NCBI GenBank assembly: GCA_034189385.1
Contig: JAXHVD010000010.1
Coordinates: 1 to 64,000, forward strand
Length of the DNA stretch: 64,000 bases
Direction: 5' to 3'
Source of the DNA: Thermodesulfobacteriota bacterium
GTDB lineage: Bacteria; Desulfobacterota; Desulfobacteria; Desulfobacterales; C00003060
The translations under genes and the position numbers were made by a program. The notes under the pieces were generated by a model, which did not search any database, was not told the origin of the DNA, and saw only the letters and a program-made list of their open reading frames with translations. Of this stretch, positions 59,401 to 64,000 are shown piece by piece (the stretch's first letter is position 1; each line of letters begins with the position of its first letter).

Positions 59401-60890
59401 GTGGCATAGCGGCCGCTGTAGCTGGTGTATCTGGAGCTGTTTTTGTATTCGTTATGTGCCCCTGATTCGTACCATCTGCCCCCGTATTCGTAATAGCCGC
59501 TATCCTTGTTGTCCACAATCACAATGGTACTTCCGCCAGGATCCGGCACATTCAACTTGACGGGAAGGACCGGCTGCCTCAGCCCGGAGTTAATACTGTA
59601 GAAGCCGACCTGAACGCCCACCAGGCTCATGATGGCGTGGGAGACAGCGGCCTTGGCCGTCAGCTCCCGCCTGCGGTAAAAGGAGTACCAGTTGGCGAAG
59701 TTTTGAAGGTCCTCGGCGTCTGTCTTGTAGGCGACGAAACTGCCATCATCGTCGAACCATGCGGCCTTGGCAGCGTCGGGGAGCTCATCTACGGGAAAGA
59801 ACTCTCCGCCTTCCACGATCTCATTCTCATTCCTGTCATGGAACCAGTAGTACTTTCTCACGCCCCCCTCAAAGTTGACAAGGAAATACTCTTCTCCGGC
59901 GTCCATCTCGCCGTCTTCGTCCACGTCGTCCCAGGTATAATAGTGGGCGTTCTTGATGCTGACCGTCGCTCCGCTTGTGGGGACAAACTTGATGGAATCC
60001 CCACAGACCCGCTCTTGATTGTTATCGCCCACGTAAGTAAAAATCCCGACGGTCCCGCCAGCGCCTTCCTCAAAGGTATAGGTGCCCAGGGGATACCAGG
60101 TGCCGCCGTTTTCGCGCTGGTTCACATGGACGACGGTGGGGCCCCCCTGATGGAAGATGGTGTAGGGCACGGCCGTGGACCGGTAGTCGTTGCTGAAGTA
60201 CCTGGCATAGACCTCGTACTCTCCACTGGCCAGCGGCGTGTACCAAACAGCGGTCACGTCCTGATCGTTCGCGTCGGTCCAGTAATAGAGGCCATTGTAA
60301 GCCTCTGGGTTTGAGGCCTGGCTCCAGCTCCCGGTGTGCGAGAAGACAGGGTCCTGATCGTCTGCGATGGACTCGCTGCCCACCAGGAAATACTCTGCCG
60401 TCAGGTCAAAGGTCGGGGTGGCGTTGTTCGGGTTGGATCTGGGGTGCGCGGTGTCTGCATCGGGCATGTTCGGCCACGGTTTGTAGTCTGCATGGGGGTG
60501 GTAATAGAGTTTGTTGAAGGCAGACATCTGGGCCTTGATTTTTCCCCTGTCAGCGCCGGATAAGATGGTCCCGTTGCTGCTTCCGGCACTATAATTGTTG
60601 TCTCCGGGGTCATCAAAGAGATACTCGATATCGCCTTCAAACTTGCCGTCTGTTTCTCCCTGTACCATGAACTCCCAGTCCATGCTCCCGGAATTGTCCA
60701 GCACGAACATGATGTTTGGAGGCGCGGCCATGACTTTGGTGTCCATGGGAGCGTCGCTGATGTCCAGGCCTCTTGCTGTTTGAGCAAAGCAGAGCAAGGC
60801 CATGGTCAGCGCTCCTATGCCAAGAAACAGCCCCGGTCTTTCCATTGCCCGGGCCGACCCGTCACCTCGATGGTTTCTATGAATAGACAT
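56490..60890 (-). CDS. pilY1: Type IV pilus adhesin PilY1 (vWA + beta-propeller)
   Basis: PNIMFVLDNSGSM, NFANWYSFYRRR, TDG, DDLWHAAVNGRG, LGDIVHS, NDGMLHAF, YAGDLKGNLWKFD and Ca-binding loops. Confidence 0.95.
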   Translation of the reverse strand: MSIHRNHRGDGSARAMERPGLFLGIGALTMALLCFAQTARGLDISDAPMDTKVMAAPPNIMFVLDNSGSMDWEFMVQGETDGKFEGDIEYLFDDPGDNNYSAGSSNGTILSGADRGKIKAQMSAFNKLYYHPHADYKPWPNMPDADTAHPRSNPNNATPTFDLTAEYFLVGSESIADDQDPVFSHTGSWSQASNPEAYNGLYYWTDANDQDVTAVWYTPLASGEYEVYARYFSNDYRSTAVPYTIFHQGGPTVVHVNQRENGGTWYPLGTYTFEEGAGGTVGIFTYVGDNNQERVCGDSIKFVPTSGATVSIKNAHYYTWDDVDEDGEMDAGEEYFLVNFEGGVRKYYWFHDRNENEIVEGGEFFPVDELPDAAKAAWFDDDGSFVAYKTDAEDLQNFANWYSFYRRRELTAKAAVSHAIMSLVGVQVGFYSINSGLRQPVLPVKLNVPDPGGSTIVIVDNKDSGYYEYGGRWYESGAHNEYKNSSRYTSYSGRYATWSPNLPEAGEYNVYAWWDYYSTRDTNALYKVYHNGGTYSVRKNQKQDYSQWALLGTFNFDAGTSGKVRVYRDGSSTGSSTSADAVMFESTAVASGGMTYVDETDTLLDALYGLDSDGSTPLRLAVKNVGRYFHKDDGNTGGVGDSPYMPDEEGGACQHSFCIAMTDGYWNGSNPGVGNQDGAAGSPYGDSYSDTLADVAMKYYKEDLASSLDDVVPTSSCDKASHQHMVTYAVSFGVQGSLDYTAYHPCLLNGGAPPWPNPTSGCDSCPYKIDDLWHAAVNGRGLFFSASDPGELISALEQVMLNIASRMASGASVTVNGEELGTNTILYQSSYVSDGWIGDVTAYPVDPVSGEILKEQSDIIWKASDKLQDRAPDQRKIVAYDGTSEGVPFRFANLTDEQKTALDPNWAADSTLAENMVDYLRGEEIDGFRPRVKKLGDIVHSAPLLVEDTIIAGGNDGMLHAFNATDGEERFAYIPHLIFENLKELTGNDYEHRFFVDRTPYARKRVTIGMNEGRTLLVGGLGKGGKGYFALDITDADQVDVSTAEAAVASSVVLWEYPGAGLEEPDLGYTYSYPYIVKSYDPNNDWVIIFGNGYDSVEGEAILYVMDVYGNVIKKIYTLATGNNGLSTPALIDVNKDFRVDYAYAGDLKGNLWKFDLTDEDPANWDVAFKDGNGIPEAFFRIPGQPITTTPDVMKHCERHGHIVVFGTGKFLGDTDRADVSTQTLFGLWDYGDKGDHSEYLGTFDRGSTPKLSNQPDTVSLVEQTVVNETYLGDHYLRTLSDHEAVWVTEEDLDVGNAMPNPSSTVENHAGWYFDLPLTGERIIRDLMIRDGRVVALSIVPNESPCSGGGDSLVHELDACNGGRLNKATFDINDDGIIDDNDLIDIGLTDGEGNPILVPPTGMDFPGMLYPPVMVRMPDDEREMKIFSTSAGTTETVFEVAEERGVFYWKERRTDGTDEYYYEPTQ

Positions 60891-60945
60891 GATGAACACC
60901 CCTTTTCTTGATGTTGTGATACCAAAGGCCTTCACGGGACTCCAA

Positions 60946-61497
60946 TCAGTACCGCTTCTTGTAGCCGATCTCGATCATGGCGCTCCCTTTTTCTTTCTCA
61001 GAGCGGCCATAGACGGTGATGGTGTGCACGGCTGTAGCATCCATGCGCGTGCTGCTACCCCCAGAATATCCTTCGTGAATGGCCATGAACCTGGTCTGCC
61101 CGTTGTCATCTAACGGCGCCTCTCCTGAACCGTCCAGGGCAGCATCCCAGTTGTAATCGTTGGTGACATTGTCGGGGTCTGGGAAACCCGACAGATCGTT
61201 CCGAAACCACAGATCGGGTGGTGCTGCAGGGTTGTCAGGATCTGGCTGTCCGTATGGCAGGTCTTGGAGTGCCGCAGAATCATTCTCATCTTCCAGGAGC
61301 TGCGCAGCCAGCATGGCCGCGCCTTCGGCCCGGTAGAAATTCTCTTTGTGCGTCTTATCGTTTGCAGTGACCTCTACCTCAATCGAACTGGTAGTGACGG
61401 CCGCGATGCCGATGAGGCTTGCCAGCATCAAGACCAACATGCCCACGACCATGATGGACCCCTTTTCGTTTTTCAGTATGAAGTGCATCTCTCTCAT
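60946..61497 (-). CDS. pilX: Minor pilin PilX
   Basis: EKG-SIMVV prepilin site lacking Glu5, FYRAEG motif, and operon position. Confidence 0.85.
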   Translation of the reverse strand: MREMHFILKNEKGSIMVVGMLVLMLASLIGIAAVTTSSIEVEVTANDKTHKENFYRAEGAAMLAAQLLEDENDSAALQDLPYGQPDPDNPAAPPDLWFRNDLSGFPDPDNVTNDYNWDAALDGSGEAPLDDNGQTRFMAIHEGYSGGSSTRMDATAVHTITVYGRSEKEKGSAMIEIGYKKRY

Positions 61498-61526
61498 GGG
61501 AGGCCTCCCCTTCTTATGAGTAATGC

Positions 61527-62042
61527 CTAAACATCGCGAGCCTTTATGAAATCAAGAGCGACCCTTCTCGGGTCCGATGATCTTCCCCACGTCACAATCA
61601 CCCTGATGTTCACCGTGTTGTTGCCCGGAAGCGCCGTGTTCCAGAACACATTGAATGCCCCCCGATGATCAGTGCCTGTAATAGGGTTATTGGGATCGGC
61701 ATGATCGGCCCAACCGGGGTAGAGCACACTGCCGTCATTAGGATCAACGAACCCGTCATTGTTGCCATCATCATCGTTGTCCAATCCAGGGAGCCCGTCA
61801 CCGTTTGTATCTGCCAACAGGGTGTGAAGCACACCCGTGCTTGGATCAATATAGGGGATGAGCATCAAGGACTCTAACCGCTCTTCGGCCAGCGCCACGG
61901 CCCTGGCCTGATCATTTGCCAGGGCGTTGCCCTTGACGGACTTGATCTGCATGGCAGCTACGGCAAGAATACCGATGGCCAGCACAGCCATGGCCACCAT
62001 GACCTCTATAAGGGAAAACCCTTCTTCGTCCTTTGTTTTCAT
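61527..62042 (-). CDS. pilV: Minor pilin PilV
   Basis: G-FSLIEVMVAM prepilin motif, GILAVAAMQ and C-terminal VIVTW. Confidence 0.88.
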   Translation of the reverse strand: MKTKDEEGFSLIEVMVAMAVLAIGILAVAAMQIKSVKGNALANDQARAVALAEERLESLMLIPYIDPSTGVLHTLLADTNGDGLPGLDNDDDGNNDGFVDPNDGSVLYPGWADHADPNNPITGTDHRGAFNVFWNTALPGNNTVNIRVIVTWGRSSDPRRVALDFIKARDV

Positions 62043-62059
62043 GAATCATCGCCCCGTTT

Positions 62060-63091
62060 TTACAAGTTCCTGCATTTTGCAGTGGTCATCAGAAGCCTCA
62101 TGCGTCGATGGTCGTTGTTGGGATCAGCGTCGGTGTCTGGCGTGATGACCTGATTGCCCACCACAAAGGTGTTCCTCTCCACGATCTTGGTGTCCCAGCG
62201 CGCCGAACGTGCCAGGAGCCAAACACGCACGGCCATGATTCTGGCTACTGGCACATCAGCGATGGCAATTCCGGAAAAGTCCATCAGCATCTGGCCGCCG
62301 ATAGGGCCGTTTCCCCCCACGCCGGGACCGTCATCAGCGTCAATATCGCCATCACTGTCTGTATCTAAGTTGGTGTCCAGATCATTGTCTCCGTCCGAAT
62401 CGATGGCCCAAATCGTTCTCTCGCGCGGCGATCCTGCCGGTGCGTTGACAGCGTCATAGGTATCCAGAAGGCCATCGTTGTTGGCGTCAAAGGCATAGGC
62501 AAACCCGAGGGCCTCCACGTTTTCTGCAACGAACTCTTCTTCTGGCAGGGCTGGGTTTGCCGGGGGGACTGCTGCATCCTGCCTTCTGAGATCCAGGTCA
62601 GGACCCGGGTGGACAGGATCCATGAAACCGTCATTATCAATGTCGAAGAGGGAGTAGGTGATCGTCTCATTGGGATCGTCGGCAACGCCGTCACCGAACT
62701 GGAATTCATCGGCCTCAAGACCCGTATCCACCGTCCCATCGCCGTCGTCATCAATGCCGTTGGTGTCTTCGTCCGTAATGCCGTCCAAATCGTTATCGCG
62801 GCCATCACTCTCTCCGCCGGTGATATCCATGGTAAAGGTAATGGAGGTGGGGGCCGCTGTCTGAATGCCGAAGTTTCCTGAAATGGCCGTATCATAACCA
62901 GCCATGCGGATTTCTCTTCCCATGTAAAACATGGCGGCCTTCAGATTCTGCTGCATGGCCGCCACCTGTTCCTGGGTCACATAGGACTCCTGTTGCGTCC
63001 TGTAGGCCAAGAAGACGCCGCCGGCCACAATGGTGGACATGACCATGGCGATGAGGACCTCTATCAGTGTAAAACCTTGTCTGTTGAGCAT
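62060..63091 (-). CDS. pilW: Minor pilin PilW
   Basis: G-FTLIEVLIAM, MQQN...EIRMAGY and C-terminal RNL. Confidence 0.88.
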   Translation of the reverse strand: MLNRQGFTLIEVLIAMVMSTIVAGGVFLAYRTQQESYVTQEQVAAMQQNLKAAMFYMGREIRMAGYDTAISGNFGIQTAAPTSITFTMDITGGESDGRDNDLDGITDEDTNGIDDDGDGTVDTGLEADEFQFGDGVADDPNETITYSLFDIDNDGFMDPVHPGPDLDLRRQDAAVPPANPALPEEEFVAENVEALGFAYAFDANNDGLLDTYDAVNAPAGSPRERTIWAIDSDGDNDLDTNLDTDSDGDIDADDGPGVGGNGPIGGQMLMDFSGIAIADVPVARIMAVRVWLLARSARWDTKIVERNTFVVGNQVITPDTDADPNNDHRRMRLLMTTAKCRNL

Positions 63092-63118
63092 TTGCGACCT
63101 CTTCTTATTGATAGGTTA

Positions 63119-63724
63119 TCACTCATCAAAGGCGCCATCCCAATTTGCGCTGCCGGGGAACCATTTTCTGACGACGATATTCCCATTCGCCCTGGTTCCC
63201 ACTGCATAGGTGTGACGGCTTTGGAGAGGCCCGTTTCTGTTGTTTTCCAAATAGACAAAGCCCGCATTGCATAGCCCCCGGGAATCGAAGACCAGCACGT
63301 TGGAAGGGTACCCGATATCATCAAGGGCGGGAAAGATGCCCCCTCCTGCTGATGCATTGGTGGTAGCGTGACCGTGGCCGTAGTCTATGCTATTCCCGTA
63401 ACCGATGAGTCGCCCCTGCTTCCTCACCGTATCAGTGCCCCCCAATTGAGACGGCATGTCCCACCCATCTCCACCATTGTCAGAACACACAAAGTATCTT
63501 CCTGGAGAGACACTGTTATCAAAGATAATCGCCCAGTCTGAATTCGCTCTAATGGCTCCCAACTTGGTCCATTGCATGCTTGAATACAGATCTGTTGCAG
63601 CCCTCCTGAGCCTGAAGTTGTGCAGCCAGTCCGTAAGGCGGGGGGCGGCAAGATTGGCCACAATGGCCAAGGTGGCCAATGCCACCAGCAGTTCCACCAG
63701 TGTCAATCCAGAATCTTTGCGCAT
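63119..63724 (-). CDS. GspH/FimT-family minor pilin (FimT/FimU)
   Basis: G-LTLVELLV prepilin motif, L..AA.DL...AI and FDSRG. Confidence 0.88.
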   Translation of the reverse strand: MRKDSGLTLVELLVALATLAIVANLAAPRLTDWLHNFRLRRAATDLYSSMQWTKLGAIRANSDWAIIFDNSVSPGRYFVCSDNGGDGWDMPSQLGGTDTVRKQGRLIGYGNSIDYGHGHATTNASAGGGIFPALDDIGYPSNVLVFDSRGLCNAGFVYLENNRNGPLQSRHTYAVGTRANGNIVVRKWFPGSANWDGAFDE

Positions 63725-63758
63725 CGTCCACATATCCTCGTCTGTTATCGCTATCCCG

Positions 63759-63774
63759 AGCAAGTTCTGTGCCA
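63759..63774 (-). promoter_or_regulatory. Sigma54 (-24/-12) promoter of the minor pilin operon
   Basis: The minus strand reads TGGCACAGAACTTGCT, matching TGGCAC-N5-TTGCW, 35 nt upstream of the start. Confidence 0.8.
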
Positions 63775-64000
63775 TGCTGCCCGTGCGTGAGCCGAGGGCG
63801 CGGCCTGGTGAGAAAAGGGGGGCGAGAAAAGGGGGGCGCCTCCTGGGTACCAGCTATATCTTACTGTAATAAATAAAACATTTTTAGCGGGCTCCATGAT
63901 GACCAGAAAGGGAGGCCCTAGGCGTAAGATCTCACGACGAGGCTGTCTCCATGGGCCAGAAAGCCATCTATAAAAAAATTTTATAGTGCTGTCATAAAGT

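Noticed and set aside
1..64000. CRISPR arrays, rRNA, tRNA, retron or DGR elements
   Set aside because: Reading by eye, I found no regularly spaced repeats, tRNA cloverleafs, rRNA signatures or reverse transcriptase motifs.

Overview
This looks like a chromosomal window from an anaerobic deltaproteobacterium (Desulfobacterota-like), inferred from gene content and repeat types. The left ~17 kb is a plastic region. It holds scattered single genes (a tetrapyrrole methylase with an apparent signal peptide, a K+ channel, DUF72, an AAA+ ATPase, a radical SAM enzyme, an HDAC-family deacetylase, an orphan CheR and a TPR-methyltransferase). These are interleaved with MITE/REP-like elements, decayed gene fragments and a small double-glycine-leader peptide gene. 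The rest is mostly housekeeping or metabolic: UPF0182, proC, a FabH/OleA-like enzyme, a REC-GGDEF protein, a TonB receptor with DUF711/ACT genes, recC-recB with no adjacent recD, two B12-dependent radical SAM enzymes, an ADP-forming acetate-CoA ligase, rnc, and a sigma54-type type IV minor pilin operon (fimT/U-pilW-pilV-pilX-pilY1). I saw no rRNA, tRNA, CRISPR array, integrase or transposase. I could not identify one clear, complete novel multi-gene system. The best leads are an orphan GG-leader peptide, a nest of ~30-nt elements inserted into one another at GAG^CTC, two dispersed repeat families, the apparently exported tetrapyrrole methylase, a B12-radical SAM / Cys-rich TPR pair upstream of rnc, and a PilY1 with two inserted beta-sandwich repeats. 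All family assignments come from motif recognition by eye, not from database searches.
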